From: Bacteroidales bacterium
Lineage (GTDB): Bacteria > Bacteroidota > Bacteroidia > Bacteroidales > UBA12077
Assembly (NCBI GenBank): GCA_028282585.1
Contig: JANQHR010000157.1
Coordinates: forward strand, 1-15,194
Reading direction: 5' to 3'
DNA length: 15,194 nucleotides
Of the stretch, positions 1-8,194 are shown one piece after another. Position numbers and translations under genes: made by a program. The stretch's first letter is position 1; each line of letters begins with the position of its first letter. A model generated the notes under the pieces. It was not told where the DNA came from. It did not search any database and saw only the letters and a list, made by a program, of their open reading frames with translations.

Positions 1-31
1 TAAACGCGTTTTCTTAATTTATAATATTTCG

Positions 32-39
32 TAACTTGC
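32..39 (+). promoter_or_regulatory. Possible Bacteroidota/FCB-type -7 promoter element for the first gene
   Basis: TAACTTGC (context ttcgTAACTTGCa) resembles TAnnTTTG/TAnnTTGC and lies 10-22 nt upstream of the candidate start codons. The motif is short and the background is AT-rich. Confidence 0.3.
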
Positions 40-61
40 ATTCCAAATAGTGATTAAAATT

Positions 62-2053
62 ATGACAAGATTTTTTTTCCTAATCTTTTTTATCTTATCA
101 ATACCTCTCTTCCCCAATATTCATGGGGTTAAAGACTCTATCGATGTTTCTAAAAAAAATAATATAGATTCATTAAAAACTTCATCGAGTGACTCGTTAG
201 CATTTCTAAAAAAAGGCACATTAACAAATAGTAATATCTTGCTATATAGTTTAAACAAAAATGAAATTAATAAAAGAGATTATCGCTTTACAGGCAACTT
301 GATCAGCTACATGCCATTTGGTTTCCTCAATGATCTTGGGACTAACGGCCAACCTCACCCAATAAGTTTATACGGCAATAGTGTTTCACTCATGTCTGAC
401 GGTGTGTTACTTAATAATAGACTCAACAACACATTCGATTTAATTAATTTCCAATCCGAAAGAATTGACTCAATTGAATTACTCCCGATCACGAAAGGCT
501 TTCTTTACGGAAACTATAACAACTCTGCAGCAGTAAATTTTATTATTCGGGATACAGCTATAACAGCTCCCACAACAAGATTAAGATACTATCAAGCCCC
601 GGAGGATGAAGAGTTTGTAAATCTTTCATTCGATACGAAAATCTTTAATCCCCTTTATTTAACTGTGGATATAACCAACCACAGCGTTGAACCGAGGTAT
701 GAAAATACTCAAGCCGGTGGGTGGAAAGTTAATACGAGACTGAAATACTTATTGTCTGAATCCACTAACATATTTTTAAATTACAACAGCGTCTCAACTG
801 AAACACAATTATTTGGAGGTATAAACGCTTCAAGTAAAGACTTGGTAGAGTACGATAATACACTTGCAGAGGTTGTTTACCCTTTTACAAATAGTTTTTC
901 TTCTCGATTTATGAAAACTAAACAAGACTTTTTAACATTGAGTATTTTATCAAAATTACTCAGTGATAATCCAACGAATATTGATTTTTACTATATATTT
1001 AATAAAACTGAATTCAGACAAAACGAAAGAACAAACCTAGATTATATCGACAATATAATTCATGATAATTCTTTCAAAACATTAGGAATTTCAGCATCAC
1101 AAAAAATTGATCTCAACAAATTTGCAATTACAATTAATTCCAACTTTGAGCAAAACAATTTCACCGCTGATTTATTGGGCGAAAATATATCTCAAAACTT
1201 TTTTAGTGTTGCTGGAATTGCAGAAACAGAAATATTGGATAAATTACATTCTTCAATTTTTACAAAATATTTAAATACTGATGGGAATTCGTACGGTGGA
1301 TTTGGAGGAAATTTAAATTTCTCTATAAGTAATGAAGTTAAATTTTTTGTAGGTTATTCAATTTATGAAAAACCAATTCCAATTTCGTTTAATTTGGAAC
1401 CGGGAATTCTTTATTTCACTCCTAAGGAAAAAGTTTTTGAAAGTTCAATAAAATATTCCTCTAAAAATATTTCAACAATGCTTTCATTTTTCTCAAAAGA
1501 AAATGAAGGGGATTTACTTCCTTTAATTACAAATCTTTCCGACACAACAATTGTAAACGAAGTTGGATATTTCAGAACAATTTCATCAACACAAAAAGGG
1601 CTCAATCTGAATTTTGATGTCCAGCTTTGGAAAATTTTGTTACAAGGTAATGCAAATTACATGCCTGAGTTTGAGGAAAAGACTTCAATCTATCCTGAAT
1701 ATAATTTTATAGGCGGCATATATTATTTAGATACCCTATTCAATAATAATTTAAAACTAAAAGCAGGCTTCAATTTTCAATCGATTGGGCAGCAACAGTA
1801 TTTTGTTATTGATTTCGAAAGGAACGTTCCGGTCAAATACTTTCTGCAAGATTCTCAAGTGGCTTTACTCAAAAATGAATACACCGATTTGGTTAACACT
1901 GTGGATTTATTTATCTCAGCAACTTTTCAAGATGCGGCGGTAGTAAACTTCGTTTTCGAAAATATTTTTGATCAAGAATATTTCATCGCTCCATATTATC
2001 CCAAGCAAGGCCAAGGAATTAGATTTGGAATAACCTGGGAAATTTTGAACTAA
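62..2053 (+). CDS. Outer-membrane beta-barrel protein with plug-like N-terminal region (putative porin / TonB-dependent-receptor-like)
   Basis: ORF 50..2053; ATG at 62 preferred over GTG at 50. N-terminal signal peptide (MTRFFFLIFFILSIPLFP). Plug-like segment 'DGVLLN...FDL...ERIDSIELLP...LYG...AVNFI'. Amphipathic strands follow, and the C-terminus 'ENIFDQEYFIAPYYP...IRFGITWEILN' is typical of FCB-group putative porins. Confidence 0.7.
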   Translation: MTRFFFLIFFILSIPLFPNIHGVKDSIDVSKKNNIDSLKTSSSDSLAFLKKGTLTNSNILLYSLNKNEINKRDYRFTGNLISYMPFGFLNDLGTNGQPHPISLYGNSVSLMSDGVLLNNRLNNTFDLINFQSERIDSIELLPITKGFLYGNYNNSAAVNFIIRDTAITAPTTRLRYYQAPEDEEFVNLSFDTKIFNPLYLTVDITNHSVEPRYENTQAGGWKVNTRLKYLLSESTNIFLNYNSVSTETQLFGGINASSKDLVEYDNTLAEVVYPFTNSFSSRFMKTKQDFLTLSILSKLLSDNPTNIDFYYIFNKTEFRQNERTNLDYIDNIIHDNSFKTLGISASQKIDLNKFAITINSNFEQNNFTADLLGENISQNFFSVAGIAETEILDKLHSSIFTKYLNTDGNSYGGFGGNLNFSISNEVKFFVGYSIYEKPIPISFNLEPGILYFTPKEKVFESSIKYSSKNISTMLSFFSKENEGDLLPLITNLSDTTIVNEVGYFRTISSTQKGLNLNFDVQLWKILLQGNANYMPEFEEKTSIYPEYNFIGGIYYLDTLFNNNLKLKAGFNFQSIGQQQYFVIDFERNVPVKYFLQDSQVALLKNEYTDLVNTVDLFISATFQDAAVVNFVFENIFDQEYFIAPYYPKQGQGIRFGITWEILN

Positions 2054-2130
2054 ACTCCCCATTCGTGTAGTTGTAATTATCACTTCTAATAATTATTTAT
2101 ATGTACTTTTTGATGAAAGAAAGGAAAGTG

Positions 2131-4947
2131 ATGAAATTCAAAATTCTATTTTTGTTATTATTCATTTCCGGATCAATTTTTTCACAAGTAACAGTTGAAC
2201 CGGAATTTGCTACAGAAACAGATACGATTACCGTAACATTTGATGCAACTGAGGCAACTAGAACAGATCTAGTCGGTTATTCAGGCACTCTTTATACCCA
2301 CACAGGAGTCACTACAGTTACGGGGAATAACTCCCCCGCACAGTGGCAGCATGTAATTGGAAGCTGGGGCAACAATTCTAATCAGCCTTCTTGGACTAGA
2401 ATCGGAACTGATCTCTATCAATTAGTGATTCCGAATGCCAGAAGTTTTTACGGCGTTACAAATCCTGCAGAAACAATTACTGAATTAAATTTTGTATTTA
2501 GAAGTGCAGATGCATCTAGGCAAACTGAAGATTTTTTTGTTCCTCTTTTTGAAGACGGATTAAACGTGAAATTGTTAACTCCAACAGCATTGCCAATTTA
2601 TCCGGAGCAAAATAATGAAATCAATATTTCGTTTACCGCATCTGAACCGGATAGTTTATTTTTAATATTTCAGGATAACATAATCTCCCAAACTACTAGC
2701 GATACTTTGACACATGTTATAAATGCTGAAGGAACAGGAAGGCAATGGATAATAATTTCAGCAAAAAAAGGAGAAGAAGTTGTCTCCGATTCATTTTACT
2801 TTTTTGTTCGCGAGCCAGTAAATATTGCTGACCTGCCTGCTGGTGTTGAACACGGGATCAACTATATAAATTCCACCACAGTTACTTTTGTTTTATATGC
2901 ACCCAACAAAGAATTTGTTTATATGATTGGTGACTTTAATAACTGGGAATTTGATCCTGAAGATGAACAGCTTTGGCAGTTATCAGATAACTACTACATG
3001 AATCTTACACCGGACAGTACTACTTATTGGAAAACAATCTCCGGACTTACACCAACTCAAGAATTTAGATTCCAATACCTGGTAGATGGAAATTTAAGAA
3101 TCGCTGATCCGTACGCAGACAAAATTTTAGAAAGTGAGGATTCGTTTATACCCGAAAGTGTTTATCCTAATTTAATTGAATATCCTTCCGATAAAACGAG
3201 TTTTTCTGTTTCCGTTTTTCAAACAGATCAAGAAGAATATCAATGGGAAGTAACAGATTTTGAACGGCCGGCAAAAGAAGAGCTTGTAATTTACGAATTG
3301 CTGGTGAGAGATTTTGTTTCAACGCATAGCTATCAAACACTAATCGATACACTAAGTTATTTTGAAACACTGGGCGTAAACGCGATAGAACTTATGCCTA
3401 TAATGGAATTCGAAGGAAACAGCAGCTGGGGTTACAACTCTGCTTTCATGTTTGCTCCTGACAAATACTACGGTACTAAAAACGATCTCAAGCAATTTAT
3501 CGATGAATGTCACAAAAGAGGAATTGCAGTTATTCTCGATATAGTTCACAACCACCACTACGGAAGGTCGTCATTTGTGAGGCTTTACAATCAAGGCGAT
3601 TTCGGTCCGCCAACTTCGGAGAATCCTTGGTTTAACACAACAAGTCCAAACCCGGTTTTTTCTTTTGGATACGACTTGAATCACGAAGCACAAGTAACAA
3701 AAGATTTAATAGATAGAATCAATAGATACTGGCTTGAAGAATACAACATTGACGGTTTCCGCTTTGACTTTACAAAAGGGATGACTAATACACCTGGTGA
3801 CGGTGGAAGTTTTGATCAAGCAAGAATAGAAATCCTGAAAAGAATGGCTGATGAGATTTGGCAATTTGATTCAACGGCATATGTGATTTTAGAACATTTT
3901 GCACCTGACACTGAGGAGAGAGTCTTAACCGATGCAGGGATGATGGTATGGGGTAATAGCAACTTTAATTATAGCGAAGCAACAATGGGATACCATGAAA
4001 ATGGCAAATCAGATTTCGGTAGAGTGTCGTGGAAAAATCACTCCGGCTTTTCCGGTCCATACGTAGTGGGCTACATGGAAAGTCACGATGAAGAAAGGTT
4101 AATGTATAAAAACCTTCAATTCGGTAATTCAAGTGGAGATTATACTACAAAAGATATTCTAACAGCATTACAAAGAATGAAGATGGCTGCAACATTTTTC
4201 TTTACTATTCCTGGCCCAAAATTGATTTGGCAGTTTGGTGAGCTAGGTTATGATTTTAGTATTGACTACAATGGCAGAGTGGGAGAAAAACCTATCAGAT
4301 GGGATTACTTTGAAGATGAAGCCAGAAAAAAATTATACGACGTTTATGCTGCGCTAATTAATCTCAGAAGGGATTATGATATTTTTAATACATCTGATTT
4401 TGATTTGTCAGTCGGTTCAACAATCAAAAAAATCCAACTTAATTCAGACTCATTAAATATTATGATCTTGGGCAACTTCGGCGTTCTTGAAGGCGGCTTC
4501 AGGCCAAGTTTTCAATCCACTGGTATGTGGTACAACTTTTTTACTGGCGATAGTATGAATATTTCCGATCCTCAAGCTGAAATCAGATTGGAACCTGGAG
4601 AGTTTCATATTTACTCTGACAAAAAATTAACCTCTGTTGACCCTGATATAATTACCGATATTGAAAACAACAACGAAATACCCAATGAATTTAAGCTTCA
4701 TCAGAATTATCCGAATCCATTTAATCCGACGACGGTGATTAGCTATCAACTTTCAGCTGTTAGTGATGTGAAGCTCACTGTTTTTGATATTTTAGGAAGG
4801 CAAATAAAAACTCTGGTAAATCAGGAACAAAGTCCCGGTGTTTATAATATTGAATTCAATTCGGCACAATTATCAAGTGGAATATATTTTTACAGAATTG
4901 AAGCCGGGAGTTTTACAGACATAAAAAAAATGATTTTGCTCAAATAA
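2131..4947 (+). CDS. Secreted GH13 alpha-amylase-family glycoside hydrolase with N-terminal carbohydrate-binding modules (CBM48-like) and T9SS C-terminal sorting domain
   Basis: ORF 2101..4947. ATG at 2131 follows AAGGAAA and begins a signal peptide (MKFKILFLLLFISGSIFSQ). GH13 regions: ILDIVHNH, DGFRFDFTKG (nucleophile D), VILEHF (acid/base E), YMESHDEER. CBM48-like 'VTFVLYAP..VYMIGDFNNW..FQYLVDG..IADPY'. C-terminal 'LHQNYPNPFNPTTVISY..SSGIYFYRI..KKMILLK' matches a Por/T9SS sorting domain. Confidence 0.9.
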   Translation: MKFKILFLLLFISGSIFSQVTVEPEFATETDTITVTFDATEATRTDLVGYSGTLYTHTGVTTVTGNNSPAQWQHVIGSWGNNSNQPSWTRIGTDLYQLVIPNARSFYGVTNPAETITELNFVFRSADASRQTEDFFVPLFEDGLNVKLLTPTALPIYPEQNNEINISFTASEPDSLFLIFQDNIISQTTSDTLTHVINAEGTGRQWIIISAKKGEEVVSDSFYFFVREPVNIADLPAGVEHGINYINSTTVTFVLYAPNKEFVYMIGDFNNWEFDPEDEQLWQLSDNYYMNLTPDSTTYWKTISGLTPTQEFRFQYLVDGNLRIADPYADKILESEDSFIPESVYPNLIEYPSDKTSFSVSVFQTDQEEYQWEVTDFERPAKEELVIYELLVRDFVSTHSYQTLIDTLSYFETLGVNAIELMPIMEFEGNSSWGYNSAFMFAPDKYYGTKNDLKQFIDECHKRGIAVILDIVHNHHYGRSSFVRLYNQGDFGPPTSENPWFNTTSPNPVFSFGYDLNHEAQVTKDLIDRINRYWLEEYNIDGFRFDFTKGMTNTPGDGGSFDQARIEILKRMADEIWQFDSTAYVILEHFAPDTEERVLTDAGMMVWGNSNFNYSEATMGYHENGKSDFGRVSWKNHSGFSGPYVVGYMESHDEERLMYKNLQFGNSSGDYTTKDILTALQRMKMAATFFFTIPGPKLIWQFGELGYDFSIDYNGRVGEKPIRWDYFEDEARKKLYDVYAALINLRRDYDIFNTSDFDLSVGSTIKKIQLNSDSLNIMILGNFGVLEGGFRPSFQSTGMWYNFFTGDSMNISDPQAEIRLEPGEFHIYSDKKLTSVDPDIITDIENNNEIPNEFKLHQNYPNPFNPTTVISYQLSAVSDVKLTVFDILGRQIKTLVNQEQSPGVYNIEFNSAQLSSGIYFYRIEAGSFTDIKKMILLK

Positions 4948-4948
4948 G

Positions 4949-4977
4949 AAAAAGGCGGTTTTAAGACCGCCTTTTTT
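4949..4977. terminator. Bidirectional intrinsic terminator between the convergent GH13 and TrmH genes
   Basis: AAAAAGGCGGT-tttaag-ACCGCCTTTTT(T): GC-rich stem flanked by an A-tract and a T-tract, spanning the gap between the two stop codons. Confidence 0.9.
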
Positions 4978-5725
4978 ATTTTGTCAATTCGGATAAAATC
5001 ACTGCACTTGCACTTGCCACATTTAAAGACTCTGCTTTACCTTTCCCGGGGATGCAAATTTTCACATCACATAAATTTAATATTTCTTCTGAAGGGCCGT
5101 GTGCTTCATTTGAAAAGATTATCACCAACTTTTCTCTTTTATCAAATTTATATAAACTAATTCCCTCTAAATCGGAACTAACATTTTTATACCCGTTATC
5201 TTTAAATGATTGTAAATCTTTAATAAAATTTTCGCTGTTGTAAATATTGAGGCGGAAAACCGCCCCCATACTTGCTCTGAGTGTTTTTGGATTATATATC
5301 TCGGCTGAATTTTCACTCAATAAAACATCTGAAATTCCAAACCAATCGCAGTTACGTAATATTGTCCCGCAATTTCCGGGATCATTGATGTTATCTAAAG
5401 CAACTATGATATTCGCACTAAAATTTGCTTGTTTTTTTGAAGGCATTTCAAATACTGCTGCTATTCCTTGGGGATTATTAGTATCTGTAACTTTTTTTAG
5501 TTCAGCGTTTTTAATTTTCTCAATTCTGACACTTTCAAAATCATCAAAAAAACTATTGTTTTCATTTAAGAAATCTTCAGTGTATAAAACAATTTCACAT
5601 CTGAAATCGCTTAGGAAACCTTCTTCGACTAATCGTTTACCTTCACAAATAAATTTGCTCTCAGAGCTACGGTATTTTTTCTGCAAAAGTTTGGAATAAT
5701 ATTTCAATTCATTGTTAGAAATCAT
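4976..5725 (-). CDS. TrmH/SpoU-family (SPOUT) RNA 2'-O-methyltransferase
   Basis: 249 aa. Motifs 'FICEGKRLVEE', 'PQGIAAVF', 'LDNINDPGNCGTILRNCDWFG', 'NPKTLRASMGA', 'NEAHG', 'IPGKGKAESLNVASA'. Confidence 0.93.
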   Translation of the reverse strand: MISNNELKYYSKLLQKKYRSSESKFICEGKRLVEEGFLSDFRCEIVLYTEDFLNENNSFFDDFESVRIEKIKNAELKKVTDTNNPQGIAAVFEMPSKKQANFSANIIVALDNINDPGNCGTILRNCDWFGISDVLLSENSAEIYNPKTLRASMGAVFRLNIYNSENFIKDLQSFKDNGYKNVSSDLEGISLYKFDKREKLVIIFSNEAHGPSEEILNLCDVKICIPGKGKAESLNVASASAVILSELTK

Positions 5726-5766
5726 GTTCTTAAGATAAATATTTATTGAAGAAGTGTAAAAAAATA

Positions 5767-5798
5767 ATTGCTTTGAATTAGAAAATAGATTAGATTTG
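5767..5798 (+). promoter_or_regulatory. Putative FCB-type housekeeping promoter of tRNA-Thr
   Basis: TAGATTTG at 5791-5798 matches TAnnTTTG exactly. (A)TTG at 5767-5770 lies 20 nt upstream of it. The element ends 34 nt before the tRNA. Confidence 0.55.
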
Positions 5799-5800
5799 GA

Positions 5801-5820
5801 ATCTTCAATTTATTGAAGAT
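5801..5820. repeat. Perfect 9-bp inverted repeat in the tRNA leader
   Basis: ATCTTCAAT-tt-ATTGAAGAT. Confidence 0.7.
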
Positions 5821-5832
5821 CGTATTGAAAAT

Positions 5833-5905
5833 GCTGGTGTAGCTCAATTGGCAGAGCAGCTGATTTGTAATCAGCAGGTTGCGGGTTCGAGTCCCATCAC
5901 CAGCT
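5833..5905 (+). tRNA. tRNA-Thr (anticodon TGT)
   Basis: Acceptor stem GCTGGTG/CACCAGC, D arm GCTC..GAGC, anticodon arm GCTGA-TT-TGT-AA-TCAGC, T loop TTCGAGT, discriminator T at 5905. CCA is not encoded. Confidence 0.97.
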
Positions 5906-5910
5906 CACTT

Positions 5911-5938
5911 AAAACCTCACTATACGTGAGGTTTTTTT
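5911..5938. terminator. Intrinsic terminator after tRNA-Thr, probably also serving the convergent TonB-dependent receptor gene
   Basis: AAAACCTCAC-tatac-GTGAGGTTTT followed by further T residues. Confidence 0.88.
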
Positions 5939-5960
5939 AATTTTAAATCACTTACTTTTA

Positions 5961-8111
5961 TCAGTTAATATTAAAGTTCAGACTTAAGTAAAATGAGCGG
6001 CCTGCTGCCGGTTCAAAAAAATTATTCCCAAACGCGTTCGGCACGACCCCGCCATTATATTGCTTGTCAAAAAGGTTCTCTATTCCGGCTTTTAAATTTG
6101 CTTTTCCTAAACCGAAATTGGTTGAATAAATAAAAATCAAGCTTACAACAGAATAACCATCGTTTATAAATTCTTCTTTGGGTTTGCTATCACCGGGAGC
6201 AGGCCCGTTTAAATCATTTGCATAAATTCTGCTTACCGCGTTAAAATTCATCTCGGCAGATAATCCATATAATAATTGAGAGTTAAATCTGAAATTAAAA
6301 TAGTGCTTTGGTATGCCCGGCACACGGTTTCCGCCTAATTGTATTGACTGATTGTTTCGTTCTACCAGGAATTCATCAAACTTCATATCTTGGTAAGTAT
6401 AAGATATCCCGGCTGTAGCAGCATTAAAAGGCGACCAGCTTAAAGAAAGTTCTAAACCGTTATTAGTGCTTTTTCCACTATTACGGTAAAATGTTTCTTC
6501 AAAATCATTTTGAAATGGAATCAATACATCATCGATATTCATTTTATATAAAACCGCATCGTAGTTTAAACCTATTGCCGCCAATGACCCTCTGAAGCCT
6601 ATTTCAAAACTTTCAATATTTTCCGGCACAATAGATTCATTAAATCCGCCAGCACCATCCGGCTTATTGCTCAACTCGTTAGTAGTAGGGGTTTGAAAAG
6701 CTGTCGATAAATTTCCATATAATATCATCCTTTCAGAAAATTTATAGCTTGCGCCTACTATTGGGCTTAATTTATCCATGACTCTTTCACCGGAATCATT
6801 TCCATTAACCAAAAAATTATCTGCTGCCTCAAAATTAAAACTATCATAACGTAGACCAACAATTAGCTTAATTTTTTCGCTAGGTAAAAATTCAAGTTGA
6901 GAAAACACTCCAACACTTTTAACTACTTCGTCTTGCTCTAAAATTTTTTCGCCGTAATTTATATTATCAAAAATTTCATCCGCCTTTATGGAAGTGCTAT
7001 TCGTTATCCCTTCATTTTCAAATTCAATTCTTTCATCATCTTGAACCTCGTAATCAAATCCCGTAATTAAATTTATGTCTCCCAATGAAAATTCCGACGC
7101 AAAAGAGAACGTGGATCTTATTCCATAAGAAAATCTTTCTAAATCAATTACTCTCGTTGTTATTGCATTTAACAATGAACGATGAATTCCGTAGAAGGTA
7201 GTATTAAAAACGGAGTTGCTTGATAAATCATATCTCAGCGATATACCAGCCTGAAGTTGTTCAACATCTTTACCCGATCCACTGTTGATTATTCTATCAC
7301 GGGCTTTTTCAGGATTCTCACCAGCATCCCTTTTATTTAATGATCCCGGATTAAGCAAATAAGGTGAGTTAAAATAATTAGCTACGAAATTTAATTTAAG
7401 ATCATCCAATAAATGTTGTGCGGTTATAAAATTAATTCCACTGAATTTGGCCTCTGAATGCTCCCTAACTCCCTCGTAATCAACAGTAAACAAATTTATA
7501 CCCACCGCCCCCTTTAAGAATTTACCGGACAATCCTACACTATATTTTCTAAAACCAAAACTACCAACATTAAATTCAGGGCTTATCCGAATTTTCCCAT
7601 TAGACGAAAGGACATTGCTTGTAATAAAGATTACACCACCTGAAGAATTACCGTATAACGTAGAATTTGGGCCCCGCAATATTTCTATTTTTTCTAATCC
7701 ACCCGGATTTAAGTTGTTAAGCTGGGATTGGCCATCAGGAAAAGTTAAAGGTATTCCATCCAATAAAATTTTAATACCTCTTACTCCGAACTGTGCTCTA
7801 CTGCCTATTCCGCGAATAATAATTTTATCACCTTGTGAAGGATTAAATCTGTTGCTTACATTCATCCCCGGAACAGAGTTAAACAAATCTTTGATAGTTG
7901 TTAGATTGTTTATACGAGAAAGAGAATTAGAATCAACAATGCTAATCGAATAAGGCATTGTTTTTACATCTGAGGGCTGCCTACTGATTTGTACAAAAAC
8001 TGTATCTAAATCTGCAGTATAAATATTGGTTTGTGCAGATAATTCAAACAGATATCCTGTTAAGAAAAAAACGAGCATCACTGATTTGATTATCTTTAAC
8101 AAAAACTTCAA
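5961..8111 (-). CDS. pqqU: TonB-dependent receptor, YncD/PqqU-like (putative PQQ importer)
   Basis: 716 aa, TTG start (alternative ATG at 8078), signal peptide, TonB-box-like 'DTVFVQ'. The plug 'NRFNPSQGDKIIIRGIGSRAQFGVRGIKILLDGIPLTFPDGQSQLNNL..EKIEILRGPNSTLYGNSSGGVI', the barrel motif 'FQTPTTNEL' and the C-terminus 'NLFDKQYNGGVVPNAFGNNFFEPAAGR' closely parallel E. coli YncD/PqqU as I recall it. It is adjacent to a PQQ-dependent dehydrogenase. The TBDR call is secure; the substrate is inferred. Confidence 0.78.
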   Translation of the reverse strand: MKFLLKIIKSVMLVFFLTGYLFELSAQTNIYTADLDTVFVQISRQPSDVKTMPYSISIVDSNSLSRINNLTTIKDLFNSVPGMNVSNRFNPSQGDKIIIRGIGSRAQFGVRGIKILLDGIPLTFPDGQSQLNNLNPGGLEKIEILRGPNSTLYGNSSGGVIFITSNVLSSNGKIRISPEFNVGSFGFRKYSVGLSGKFLKGAVGINLFTVDYEGVREHSEAKFSGINFITAQHLLDDLKLNFVANYFNSPYLLNPGSLNKRDAGENPEKARDRIINSGSGKDVEQLQAGISLRYDLSSNSVFNTTFYGIHRSLLNAITTRVIDLERFSYGIRSTFSFASEFSLGDINLITGFDYEVQDDERIEFENEGITNSTSIKADEIFDNINYGEKILEQDEVVKSVGVFSQLEFLPSEKIKLIVGLRYDSFNFEAADNFLVNGNDSGERVMDKLSPIVGASYKFSERMILYGNLSTAFQTPTTNELSNKPDGAGGFNESIVPENIESFEIGFRGSLAAIGLNYDAVLYKMNIDDVLIPFQNDFEETFYRNSGKSTNNGLELSLSWSPFNAATAGISYTYQDMKFDEFLVERNNQSIQLGGNRVPGIPKHYFNFRFNSQLLYGLSAEMNFNAVSRIYANDLNGPAPGDSKPKEEFINDGYSVVSLIFIYSTNFGLGKANLKAGIENLFDKQYNGGVVPNAFGNNFFEPAAGRSFYLSLNFNIN

Positions 8112-8194
8112 CTTATTATTAATCCCAAGATTTAATCAGAAAATTTTAAATAGGCTAACAAAACAATAGACATAATTTTTGAAGCATTACATTA

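Noticed and set aside
2131-4947. Numerous N-x-S/T sequons in the amylase
   Set aside because: The protein is rich in Asn, Ser and Thr, and the count does not look clearly above chance.
5247-5699. 150-aa + strand ORF (and 5052..5243)
   Set aside because: Antisense shadow of the well-supported TrmH gene, with no recognisable motifs.
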